From: Azolla caroliniana
Taxonomy: Eukaryota > Plantae > Polypodiophyta
Length of the DNA stretch: 64,000 nucleotides
Reading direction: 5' to 3'
Assembly: GCA_043228905.1 (NCBI GenBank)
Contig: JBHGNT010000014.1
Coordinates: 12,276,001-12,340,000 of the forward strand
Shown: positions 49,595 to 59,703 of the stretch, piece by piece
How positions within the stretch are numbered: the first letter of the stretch is position 1
How the letters are laid out: the number at the start of each line of letters is the position of its first letter
Position numbers and translations under genes: made by a program
The notes under the pieces: model-generated
Databases searched by the model: none
What the model was told of the DNA's origin: nothing
What the model saw: only the letters and a program-made list of their open reading frames with translations

Positions 49595-52500
49595 TGTTGG
49601 GATTTCGGTCCCTCCGGATGGGATGTCCGGAGATGAATGACGGCAAGCCCGGTTGCGGTTACGGAGCCGGATGATGAAGACCCCGGTTACGGAACCGGAT
49701 GATGAAGACCCCGGTTACGGAACCGGATGATGAAGACCCCGGTTACGGAACCGGATGATGAATGTACCCGGAGAGAGATCCGGATGCGGAGACATATTTG
49801 TGAATATGTTTGCCAAGAGCCCTTGTGGCTATATTTGTAAATAGCCCGAAAGTCATATATGTATAAATATGACTTAGGGCAAACAGTTTTATGTTGTTGC
49901 TCATTTTTCATGAGAAGTGAGAGCAGCCGAGAGAGAGAGTGAGAGACGAAGAGGTCGTTGCCTCTGTGTATTACCGCCGCCTGTGGCGAAGACAGTGAGC
50001 TCAAGGTTGTTGCCTTGTTGCTTCACCAGTGCACATCCCTGTTCATAGTGATAGTTGGAGTTTGAGGACTCCCGTGGTTTTTTCCCATTTAGGGTTTTCC
50101 ACGTAAAACATACAGTGTACCTTTCTCTCTATTGTTTTGTGCATTTTCTATTTCCTGTTTTCTGTGAGTTGATCCCATTCCTCGGTTGTGGCCGAGCACT
50201 GTTTTTCAACAAAGTGGTATCAGAGCGACGGTAACACAGAAAATGGAAGGCGGCGGTAGTGGGCCTCCGGGCATGATGGTGCTGAACGCGCAGAACTACG
50301 CCGACTGGAAGATAAAGATGGAGGATCTGCTCATTGTTCGGGACCTGTATGAACCGATCGACAGGTCGGAAATACCCAAGGGGGTACTTGAGTCGGAGTG
50401 GAAGCTCCTGAACCGGAAAGCCGTAGCGACGATCCGACAATATGTCGATGTAAGCGTCCTACAACATGTGGCGAACGACACCAACGCATATGAGATGTGG
50501 AAGAAGCTGTCGGGCCTCTACGAGAGGAAGAATGCGTTGAACCGGACCTCCCTGATGAGGAAGATAGTGAACCTCAAGTACCGGGACGGCGAGAGTATGG
50601 TGGAACACGTAAGCACGTTCATGGGATTCGTGAACCAGCTTGCGGCGATCAAGTTCCCGTTGGAGGATGCAATGCAAGCCATCATCCTGATGTGTACATT
50701 GCCGGAAAGCTGGGAGAACTTGGTGGTGACTCTCAGCACCTCCTGCACGGAAGATAACTTGTCCCTACAAACGGTAAAGACAAGTATTTTGAACGAAGAA
50801 GCGCGTCGGAGAGATAAAGAACCGGTCTCCGACTCGAAGGCGCTGCTTACCGAATCGGATCGGGGAAGACAATGGCACCGGAGTCCGCAAAGACGAGAGA
50901 AGTCGGGGACCCGGTCGCAGTCAAGAGGAAGGCCCACATGCTTCCACTGTGGGAAGCCGGGGCACTTCCGGAAGAATTGTCGGCATTACCGAAAGGACAA
51001 CGGAGCCGACGACACCGATTCGAAGAAGTCACCGGAGAGAAACGGTGCATACCGGGGAGCGACGGACCGGAGAGGTTCGGATCGGCGAGGGCAGGACCGG
51101 AAAGGAACGACGGCACTCGCGGCAAGTGAAGAAGAGATAATGCTCATTACCGAAGAGAGGGAGCTGAACCTTGCCGGCGTAGAGATGACCTGGGTGGTCG
51201 ATTCCGGAGCGTCGTTCCACCTGACCCCGGAGAAGAAATACTTCTCATCCTACACAGCCGGTGAGCACGGCTTCGTCCGGATGGGAAATGAAGGTACATG
51301 CCGGATTGCCGGCATAGGAGACGTGTGGCTGATGACATCAACCGGATGCAAGATGCTGCTGAAGGATGTTCGACACGTTCCGGAGGTTCGATTGAACCTG
51401 ATTTCGGCCGGGAGGCTAGACGATGAAGGCTACACGGGTAGCATCCGGAACGGTGTCATGAAGTTCAGCAAAGGGAGCCTGATAGTGGCTCGGGCTCGGA
51501 AGGTCAACACCCTGTACCTGATGAATTCCCGGCTCTGTCCGGAGGAGCTGAACGTGGCAGCCGACACTGCCGGTGAGCTGTGGCACAAGAGACTGTGCCA
51601 CATGAGTGAGAAGGGGATGAAGAGGCTTGCAGAAGACAACCTTATTCCAGTGAAGCATGTGCACCTGGAGAAGTGCACCGACTGCCTGGCCGGTAAGCAA
51701 AACCGGACCTCCTTCCACTCAAGGCCACAGACGAGACGTAGCGCACCATTGGAGCTGGTGCACACTGATGTGTGTCAGGTAGAAACGAAGTCACATGGCG
51801 GAGCCCAGTACTTCGTGACATTCATTGATGACCACAGCCGGAAGCTGTGGACGGCACCGTTGAAGACAAAGGACCAAGTGTTGTCCGTCTTCAAAGAACT
51901 CCACGCGAGAGTGGAAAGGGAATCCGGCAAGAAGCTGAAAGCGATACGAGCGGATAACGGAGGGGAATACCGGGGGCAGTTCCAGGAGTACTGTCGCTCG
52001 AAGGGAATCCGGCTCGAGTTTACTGTGCCGAAGACGCCGGAACTGAACGGGCTGGCCGAGAGGATGAACCGGACCATAATGGAGAGGGTCCGGAGTATGC
52101 TGGCGCATGCGAAATTACCCAAGGGGTTTTGGGCTGAGGCGATGTCGACGGCGACATACGTGATAAACAGATCACCCTCAGTACCTTTGGACGGAGACAC
52201 GCCGCAGAGAGTGTGGACCGGTAGGGAAGTATCCTACCGGCATCTGAAGGTGTTCGGGTGTCTCGCATACGTGCATGTGGCAAAGGACCGGAGAGGAAAG
52301 CTAGATCCAAAGACCCGGCCATGCATATTCCTCGGTTACGGTGACGACGAGTTCGGCTACCGAGTATGGGACCCGGTCGACAAGAAGATATTCAGGAGTC
52401 GAGACATCATCTTCATGGAGGACAAGACACTCGCCGACTGGGAGTCGGAGAAGAAGATGAAGAGCTCAAAGTCGACCGGTGAGGATCAACTCTACGAGGA

Positions 52501-54947
52501 GCAGTCCCGACCGGCAAGGGACCGGTTAGCACTCGAGGATCCGGCCGAAGACGGTGAAGAAACAGAACCGGCCGAAGAAGATGAAAATGATACCGGAACC
52601 GGCCCCGATCCCGAAATGGATTCGGATGAAGAAGAAGAATCGGAAGAACCGGTTACCGAAGCTCCCGAACGGAGATATCCTCTAAGAGAGAGAAGGGCCC
52701 CTCGGAGATTTCCGGAACCAGAGCACGTGCTGCTAACCGACGAGGGGGAGCCGGAGAGCTTTGAAGAAGCAAAGCACGACACCCAGAGCCGCAAGTGGTT
52801 GAGTGCCATGCAGGACGAGATGGATTCCCTGCATGAGAACCACACATATGAACTTATGGAGTTGCCGAAAGGAAAGCGGGCACTTCGAAACAAGTGGGTG
52901 TTCAAGCTGAAACCGGGAGATGCCGGAAACCCCCCGAGATACAAAGCCAGGATCGTGGTGAAGGGGTTTCAGCAGAAGAAGGGCGTCGACTTCGACGAGA
53001 TATTTGCCCCGGTAGTGAAGATGACCTCCATCCGGACGGTGCTGAGCATAGCGGCAAGTATGGACCTCGAGGTAGAACAGATGGACGTGAAGACGGCATT
53101 CCTTCACGGTGACCTCGAAGAAGAGATCTACATGCAGCAACCGGAAGGATTCGAGAAGAAAGGGAAGGAGCACCTGGTATGCCGGTTGAAGAAGAGCCTT
53201 TACGGACTGAAGCAGGCTCCCCGGCAATGGTACCGGAAGTTCGACTCCTTCATGACCGACGAAGGGTACCACAAAACGCAGTCTGATCACTGCGTGTTTG
53301 TGAAGAAGTTCGAAGGAGGAGACTCTCTAATACTCCTCCTGTACGTGGACGACATGTTGATCGTCGGACGGGACCAGGTCAAGATACGGATGCTGAAGAA
53401 GGCTCTTCACCGAACCTTCTCAATGAAGGACTTGGGTCCGGCGAGACAAATACTAGGGATGCACATCATCCGGGACCGGAGCAAGAAGCAGTTGTGGCTG
53501 TCGCAGGAGAAGTACGTGACAAAGGTGCTTCAACGGTTCAACATGTCGGAAGCAAGACCGGTCGGATCAACCCTCCCGGCAAACTGCAAGCTGTCCAGCA
53601 AGCAAAGCCCCAGGACAAAGGCTGAGAAAGAGGACATGATGAAAGTACCATATGCCTCTGCTGTCGGAAGCCTGATGTATGCAATGGTGTGTACAAGACC
53701 AGACATTGGATACGCAGTCGGAGTGGTGAGCCGGTACATGACCAATCCCGGCAAAGAGCATTGGAACGCGGTCAAGTGGATACTCCGATACCTGAAGGGC
53801 ACGGCAAACGTGTGCCTCCGATTCGGCTCCGGTAAGCCCGAACTCGACGGCTTCACCGATTCGGATATGTCGGCTGATGCAGATACCAGCCGGTCGACAT
53901 CAGGGTATGTGATGACCTATGCAGGGGGAGCCGTTTCGTGGCAGTCGAGGCTGCAGAAGACGGTTGCGTTGTCAACCACGGAGGCGGAGTACATGGCAGC
54001 TGTTGAAGCCGGCAAGGAAATAATATGGATGAAGGACTTCATTAGAGAGCTCGGTATCCAGCAGGAGGAGTACCGACTCTACTGCGACAGTCAGAGTGCC
54101 ATCCACCTTGTGAAGAACGCGGCTTATCACTCCCGGACGAAGCACATCCAGCGAAGATATCACTGGATCCGGGAAAGGATAGAAGACAAGGAGTTCGAGC
54201 TGACGAAGGTCCACACGGACGAGAACGGGTCGGATATGCTGACCAAGGTGCTCACACCCGACAAACTGGAAGCATGCCGGAAGAGGATCGGACTGGAGAG
54301 ACATCCCATGCCGAAGTGAAGGGGGAGTTTGTTGGGATTTCGGTCCCTCCGGATGGGATGTCCGGAGATGAATGACGGCAAGCCCGGTTGCGGTTACGGA
54401 GCCGGATGATGAAGACCCCCGATTACGGAACCGGATGATGAAGACCCCGGTTACGGAACCGGATGATGAAGACCCCGGTTACGGAACCGGATGATGAATG
54501 TACCCGGAGAGAGATCCGGATGCGGAGACATATTTGTGAATATGTTTGCCAAGAGCCCTTGTGGCTATATTTGTAAATAGCCCGAAAGTCATATATGTAT
54601 AAATATGACTTAGGGCAAACAATTTTATGTTGTTGCTCATTTTTCATGAGAAGTGAGAGCAGCCGAGAGAGAGAGTGAGAGACGAAGAGGTCGTTGCCTC
54701 TGTGTATTACCGCCGCCTGTGGCGAAGACAGTGAGCTCAAGGTTGTTGCCTTGTTGCTTCACCAGTGCACATCCCTGTTCATAGTGATAGTTGGAGTTTG
54801 AGGACTCCCGTGGTTTTTTCCCATTTAGGGTTTTCCACGTAAAACATACAGTGTACCTTTCTCTCTATTGTTTTGTGCATTTTCTATTTCCTGTTTTCTG
54901 TGAGTTGATCCCATTCCTCGGTTGTGGCCGAGCACTGTTTTTCAACA
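49595..54947 (+). mobile_element. Intact young Ty1/copia (family D); LTRs 49595-50211 and 54330-54947
   Basis: LTRs differ at only ~3 sites seen; TSD TTAAC; PBS tggtatcagagc at 50215; PPT agggggagtt. Confidence 0.97.
50243..54319 (+). CDS. Copia Gag-Pol polyprotein (Tnt1-like), uninterrupted
   Basis: ATG at 50243; CFHCGKPGHFRKNC; WVVDSGAS; WHKRLCH..CTDC; TPELNGLAER; YVDD; RTKHIQRRYH. Confidence 0.96.
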   Translation: MEGGGSGPPGMMVLNAQNYADWKIKMEDLLIVRDLYEPIDRSEIPKGVLESEWKLLNRKAVATIRQYVDVSVLQHVANDTNAYEMWKKLSGLYERKNALNRTSLMRKIVNLKYRDGESMVEHVSTFMGFVNQLAAIKFPLEDAMQAIILMCTLPESWENLVVTLSTSCTEDNLSLQTVKTSILNEEARRRDKEPVSDSKALLTESDRGRQWHRSPQRREKSGTRSQSRGRPTCFHCGKPGHFRKNCRHYRKDNGADDTDSKKSPERNGAYRGATDRRGSDRRGQDRKGTTALAASEEEIMLITEERELNLAGVEMTWVVDSGASFHLTPEKKYFSSYTAGEHGFVRMGNEGTCRIAGIGDVWLMTSTGCKMLLKDVRHVPEVRLNLISAGRLDDEGYTGSIRNGVMKFSKGSLIVARARKVNTLYLMNSRLCPEELNVAADTAGELWHKRLCHMSEKGMKRLAEDNLIPVKHVHLEKCTDCLAGKQNRTSFHSRPQTRRSAPLELVHTDVCQVETKSHGGAQYFVTFIDDHSRKLWTAPLKTKDQVLSVFKELHARVERESGKKLKAIRADNGGEYRGQFQEYCRSKGIRLEFTVPKTPELNGLAERMNRTIMERVRSMLAHAKLPKGFWAEAMSTATYVINRSPSVPLDGDTPQRVWTGREVSYRHLKVFGCLAYVHVAKDRRGKLDPKTRPCIFLGYGDDEFGYRVWDPVDKKIFRSRDIIFMEDKTLADWESEKKMKSSKSTGEDQLYEEQSRPARDRLALEDPAEDGEETEPAEEDENDTGTGPDPEMDSDEEEESEEPVTEAPERRYPLRERRAPRRFPEPEHVLLTDEGEPESFEEAKHDTQSRKWLSAMQDEMDSLHENHTYELMELPKGKRALRNKWVFKLKPGDAGNPPRYKARIVVKGFQQKKGVDFDEIFAPVVKMTSIRTVLSIAASMDLEVEQMDVKTAFLHGDLEEEIYMQQPEGFEKKGKEHLVCRLKKSLYGLKQAPRQWYRKFDSFMTDEGYHKTQSDHCVFVKKFEGGDSLILLLYVDDMLIVGRDQVKIRMLKKALHRTFSMKDLGPARQILGMHIIRDRSKKQLWLSQEKYVTKVLQRFNMSEARPVGSTLPANCKLSSKQSPRTKAEKEDMMKVPYASAVGSLMYAMVCTRPDIGYAVGVVSRYMTNPGKEHWNAVKWILRYLKGTANVCLRFGSGKPELDGFTDSDMSADADTSRSTSGYVMTYAGGAVSWQSRLQKTVALSTTEAEYMAAVEAGKEIIWMKDFIRELGIQQEEYRLYCDSQSAIHLVKNAAYHSRTKHIQRRYHWIRERIEDKEFELTKVHTDENGSDMLTKVLTPDKLEACRKRIGLERHPMPK

Positions 54948-55701
54948 TTAACATGGTATAGGAGCGCGAGGGTTGAGGACCTCTGCTGCCGACAAACGAT
55001 TTCCAAAGACAAACCCTAACTTTCGAAAAAGCGCAGCCCGAAAAGAAGGAAGATATGGACAGAAGTATAGCAAACTCGCTTCCAACCAAAAAGCTCGACT
55101 GGATGAATTATGCATCCTGGTCGTATAAACTGCACCAGTACCTATTGGGGCACGAATACTGGAGCTACGTTGTCGTGAAGATTTTCGGCAATAGTGTGAA
55201 AATCCCATAAAACGTACGAAATCGAGTATGAATCACATAATACAATAATTGTGAAGATAACATTTTAAATAAATTTAATATCTAAGTGAAAAATGATGGA
55301 GGTTTCGAATGCACTTTATTACACAAGAAACAGACAACTAAATATCAAGATATGAGGGTATAAAGTTTGTGAAAGGAAAAGAGAAAATTGTGAGATATCC
55401 CACATAAGCACGACAAATACGGCTCTCATCATATATAAGGTAGAGCAAAAGATATTATCTTTGTGTCTATGTGTGGAGCATAGAGAGTTCAAGGTAACTT
55501 GAACTAAGAGTGGAGGTGGGCTAGCTACTCGTAAAGGGTTTTGGCCAACCAAAACCGGACCGGTGATGGAGCCGGTGAGACGACGACATCGGGCGGCGGC
55601 AACCGGCGAGGCACCGGTAACCGACGGCATCCGACGAACCGACGTCTGGCGACTAGATAAATAAATATATAAATATATATACATATATACAGATACAAGG
55701 A

Positions 55702-55772
55702 GGGCAAGGAAGGATTCGAACCTTGCACCTCCAAGTTAGGAATCAATTGGCTTACCATTAAGCCATGCTATT
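55702..55772 (-). ncRNA. tRNA-like Pol III module in LTR B (second copy 63854-63924)
   Basis: A box TGGCTTAATGG, B box GGTTCGAATCC 43 nt later; D-stem GCTT/AAGC, T-stem AAGG/CCTT. Acceptor and anticodon stems are non-canonical. Confidence 0.7.
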
Positions 55773-57550
55773 TAGTTGAAATTATATTTCTATCATTGTA
55801 CTTTTACATGCAAATTCTCATACATGAGAGCTAAAATGAGTGACATGGTTATCATGCACCACATGTAATACATAAGCGCCAAATGGCAAACATGCAATTT
55901 ATGTATGTCTTGTACCCTCACATGCATCATATGCATGAGAGCATCTATAAAAGAAGGAAGGGGGAGGAGAAAAAACACGTTTTTTTTTATTATGAAATTA
56001 AGAAGAAATTCATTATCAAATTGATGGTGTAACTTGTTTCTTAAATCTAAAGTTAAAAGTTCAATCAATCTCTCTCAATCGTTTCATCTCAACTTCTCTC
56101 TTTCCCAATCTATCTTAAGTACTTTCTCGCCAAAGCTTGTATCGACTTTGAATCCTTCCGGTCCAAAACCCCGGCGGTTCCGCCTCACGATACGCGCGTA
56201 GTGACGGATCTTCACGACATAATTAAGTGGTGAACCCGACGTGAAAGAGGCGGTAGGAAGGATCAAGTCGAGATTAATACTTGGATATGGCGTCCTCAAG
56301 CAACCAAGCGGGAGAGCTCAAAAGGATGATGCTAATCGTCGAGCAAATGATGAGATCTCGGGACAACGATGCGAGCGTGGAGAAGGCTGTTGATCATGTC
56401 GTAGAGCTCAAGGGCCAACTCGATGGAAGGAACGTTACGAAGTTCCTTGATGCATATAGAAGGGAGATGAATCAGAGGGACGTGTCCGAGGCACGTCAAA
56501 TCACAAGCTTCAAGAGAGTTGTCGCCAACAACATCCAAAGACGCGTCATCGAGCTTCAAGAAGGTAAGACAACATGGTCCGAGTTCAAGAAAACGATACT
56601 AGCGGAGTTCGTGACTGAAGACTCAACGAGGATGACTCGACATGCCCTGATGAAGTGGATAGAGAAGAAGAATAAGAAGATGAGCGTCTCGAGGGTGTAC
56701 GACGAATTTGACCAGATGTTTAGTCGTCTCCCCAATACGGACCAAGTGTTGCTTGAAGAGGACAAGACTTTGTACTTCTTGAAGGCCGTGGACAAAAAGG
56801 ATAGACGGGAGTTGGGGACTCTTCTCGAAGATGATACCCAAGCAAATGGGCTTGTAGCGGACTGGATCGCAGTGAAGCGGGCATGCAATAGGCTCGACAA
56901 GCGTCGCCAATGGGTTGATGACACCGACTTGACGGTGTCGTGCCTTTCGGCTCCGGATCGTTTGCGTGAGTCGGGTGGGAACCACCGGGGTTTTGGACTA
57001 GGAGGAAGAAGAATATGAGATGAGGCTAGTAATGAATAGATTATTAGAAAGAGAGATAGAAATTTCGTGAATCCCACGAGTGTATTGTATTCGATTAATC
57101 AATATTTAGATAAGAATATGTATTTAGATTGAAAGAAAGATATAAGAAACTTGTGAATCCCACAAGTATAGATTATATTATTTTCGTGAATCCCACGATT
57201 ATATTAATCGGTTGGTGTTTTCGGAAATATATCCAATTTCCAAATATTTCACACACTATTACATTGTGCTCCCCATCCTTATGTAGTGATGGGAGAGACT
57301 AAGCATAGCTACATGCTTTTTTTCTAATATGTTCATGCACACTAAATATGCATGTGATGCTTTTCTAATCCTTGCTTTTATTTGCTAAATATAGTGCTCA
57401 TGCACGCTAGATGTGCATGAGTCACTTTTTAGTCGCTTGCGTTTTTCTATAAAATATTCACGCACTCTAAAAATACATGATTTACCTTTTAATAAAGGTA
57501 GGCGCAAATAAAGCACTTATAGTTATTAAATCTATTTATAGAACACTAAA

Positions 57551-57622
57551 GATAAGGTAGCATAATGGTAAAGTTGAGGTTTGGCTACGTGGAGGTACAA
57601 GGTTCAAATCTTGCCCTATGCA
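57551..57622 (+). ncRNA. tRNA-like Pol III module in LTR A2 (also 60357-60428; family A copies 35435-35505, 48347-48417, partial 36350-36385)
   Basis: A box TAGCATAATGG at 57558 and B box GGTTCAAATC at 57601, with the same 43-nt spacing. Confidence 0.65.
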
Positions 57623-57675
57623 CGTGATAAATATCTTGATATATTATTTTATTTATTTATATGTAATTAAATCGG

Positions 57676-59703
57676 TTATATTATTTTTACTTTTTCACGT
57701 AGTGTACGAAATACACTACGACACTCGCCCCCTCCGAACCCGCACATCCTCTGGTATGTGCCGAAGTTGCCGATGCTCGTTGTCTCCCCTTCATCCTCCG
57801 TTTGTCCCGCTATGTCAACTTTGTCTCTCCATTTTGAGTAGACCCATTCTTTCCACCCGAACCATTGTCGCCATCCGATCCACCATATTCTTTGTTCTCT
57901 CTCGTCATATTCTTGGCCCTTGTCATTCGTGGTAGTGTCTTTTACTGGCCTCTTTCTTGTCTTCATCAACCTTGACTTTTTTCCGGATCGCTCTCGTCCG
58001 ATCGACTTTCGGTTTGATCGGCTTCCGATCGGATTCGTATTCGGCCGAATCGGAATCGGTTGTTCGGTTTTGATTGAGTCGGTCTCCTTCCGCCCCGGTT
58101 TCGATCTATCGGTTTCGGTTTCGGTTGGCTTTCTTTTCCTCGTTTTCACCAGCCTCGACCGGTCCAACCTCCGATTGAGTCGGATTAGCTTCTTTCCGTA
58201 TCGGTCTCGTCTGATCGGCTTTCGGCTAGGTCGGCTTCCATCCATATTCGCGTTCGGCCAAGTCAGACTCAGTCGATCGGTTTTGACCGAGTCTACCCCT
58301 TTTCGGGTCGGCTTTCTTTTGGGTTGTCTTTCGGCCGAATCCTCATTCGCCTGGTTCGGCTTTCTTTCGGTTCGTCTTTTGGCCGAATCGTCTTTTACCC
58401 GGTTCGGCTTTCTTTCGGATCGGAATCCCATCCGGATCACCTTCCATCCGAACCGGCTTCCGACTTTACCTTTCTTGCTGCCACCTCCCGTCTCTCCGGT
58501 CTCACGTTGGTTCTCGGACACAACCGCCAAAGTCTCTAGAATTAGTGGGTAGGAATCCTCGGTATTATCATCCTCCGTTGTTTCACCCATAGCCATATTC
58601 TCGGCTATCTCTCCGTCGTATGCATCGACTTCGACCTTTGTTTTCTCTCCGCCACCTTCCGTCTCTTCGGTCTCACGTTGCCTTTCGAACGCAACCACCG
58701 GAGTCTCTAGAATCAGTGGTGGGGAAGTCTCGATATGGCCATCCGTCGTTGATTCGTCCATAGCCACCTTCGATTCGATTTCGTCTTTTGTGGCTACCTC
58801 CTTAATCACATCCGCTTCACACTCTTTATCTGCATCAATTATGCAAACATCTATTATGCTTACCCCTTTTTGACCCGATGTTTCGGACACTTGTATTCCG
58901 AAATCTTCTTCTACACTTGGGTTATCGGCCTTATCCTTCGTCGTTGCTCTTTCGCAAGACAAGAGGGTAGCTTGTTTTACACCCTCTTCCGTCGCACCAT
59001 CATGTTGTATTTCGGCCTTCATATCGGCTCCATCATTTGTCTTCAATCGACCATCCTTCATCGGCCATGTCATTGACAAGATTCTCATCTTCCTCTCATC
59101 ATGTCTCCGGCATACCCTTTGGACTTCGGCCCAATCTTCGGTAAGGCCGTTCGCATCGTCATCATCTTCAAGTTCGATCCCAATGTCCATCCTTTCTTTC
59201 CGATCGATCGATCTTACGAACATTAAGACTTTATCTTCTCCCACCAATCTTCGTTCCCGCTCCGAGAGTCGAGCAAAACGATGCTCGAACTCTAGGAATG
59301 CTTGTGTTGCACTTCGGTGGGTCTTCTCCGATGCCACCCATTCGTCGAATTCTCGCCGATCTTTTCCCTTCGATCTCTTGTAATCATATGCCTCTCGTAA
59401 AGCTTCTTCGAATGATCCCCATGTCGAGTTTTGTTGCCGTATCTTGTGGATTCTCTCTTGTAGCTCATCCGTGGCCACCCGATTGAAGGATGTCACTTGC
59501 AATCCTTCCGGTATCCCACATCGTATCATCTCCGCCTTGTAGTCATGTAGATAGCGTGACAGATCGTTTCCGTTGAATTGTCCGTTTCGTTGTACGAGCC
59601 GCTTTACTACCGCCGTGATCTCCGACATCGCTCGTTGTTCTTGTAGCATCCGTTCGAACATCATCATCATCGTTATGCTCATCGCCTCTTGTTGATTCTC
59701 CAT
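57676..59703 (-). CDS. Gag-derived protein (~675 aa) with acidic and K/R-rich repetitive extensions
   Basis: Open frame from MENQQEAMS (homologous to family A gag) to a stop inside the 3' LTR. Confidence 0.75.
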   Translation of the reverse strand: MENQQEAMSITMMMMFERMLQEQRAMSEITAVVKRLVQRNGQFNGNDLSRYLHDYKAEMIRCGIPEGLQVTSFNRVATDELQERIHKIRQQNSTWGSFEEALREAYDYKRSKGKDRREFDEWVASEKTHRSATQAFLEFEHRFARLSERERRLVGEDKVLMFVRSIDRKERMDIGIELEDDDDANGLTEDWAEVQRVCRRHDERKMRILSMTWPMKDGRLKTNDGADMKAEIQHDGATEEGVKQATLLSCERATTKDKADNPSVEEDFGIQVSETSGQKGVSIIDVCIIDADKECEADVIKEVATKDEIESKVAMDESTTDGHIETSPPLILETPVVAFERQRETEETEGGGEKTKVEVDAYDGEIAENMAMGETTEDDNTEDSYPLILETLAVVSENQRETGETGGGSKKGKVGSRFGWKVIRMGFRSERKPNRVKDDSAKRRTERKPNQANEDSAERQPKRKPTRKGVDSVKTDRLSLTWPNANMDGSRPSRKPIRRDRYGKKLIRLNRRLDRSRLVKTRKRKPTETETDRSKPGRKETDSIKTEQPIPIRPNTNPIGSRSNRKSIGRERSGKKSRLMKTRKRPVKDTTTNDKGQEYDEREQRIWWIGWRQWFGWKEWVYSKWRDKVDIAGQTEDEGETTSIGNFGTYQRMCGFGGGECRSVFRTLREKVKII

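Larger units (their letters stand above)
49400..55170 (+). mobile_element. Older copia (family E): short LTR 49400-49594 (+54953), degenerate PBS and gag start; interrupted by copia D and gypsy B
   Basis: TGTTAG..TTAACA; tggtataggagc at 54954; gag MDRSIANSLPTKKLDWMNYASWSYKLHQYLLGHEYWSY, homologous to the copia C gag. Confidence 0.75.

Noticed and set aside
55702-55772. Functional tRNA-Arg/Lys gene
   Set aside because: Acceptor and anticodon stems do not pair canonically and the anticodon position differs between copies; kept only as a tRNA-like module.
57920-58552. 210-aa plus-strand ORF, and other long antisense ORFs within TEs (e.g. 39003-39854)
   Set aside because: They are shadows of the coding strand with no independent motifs.
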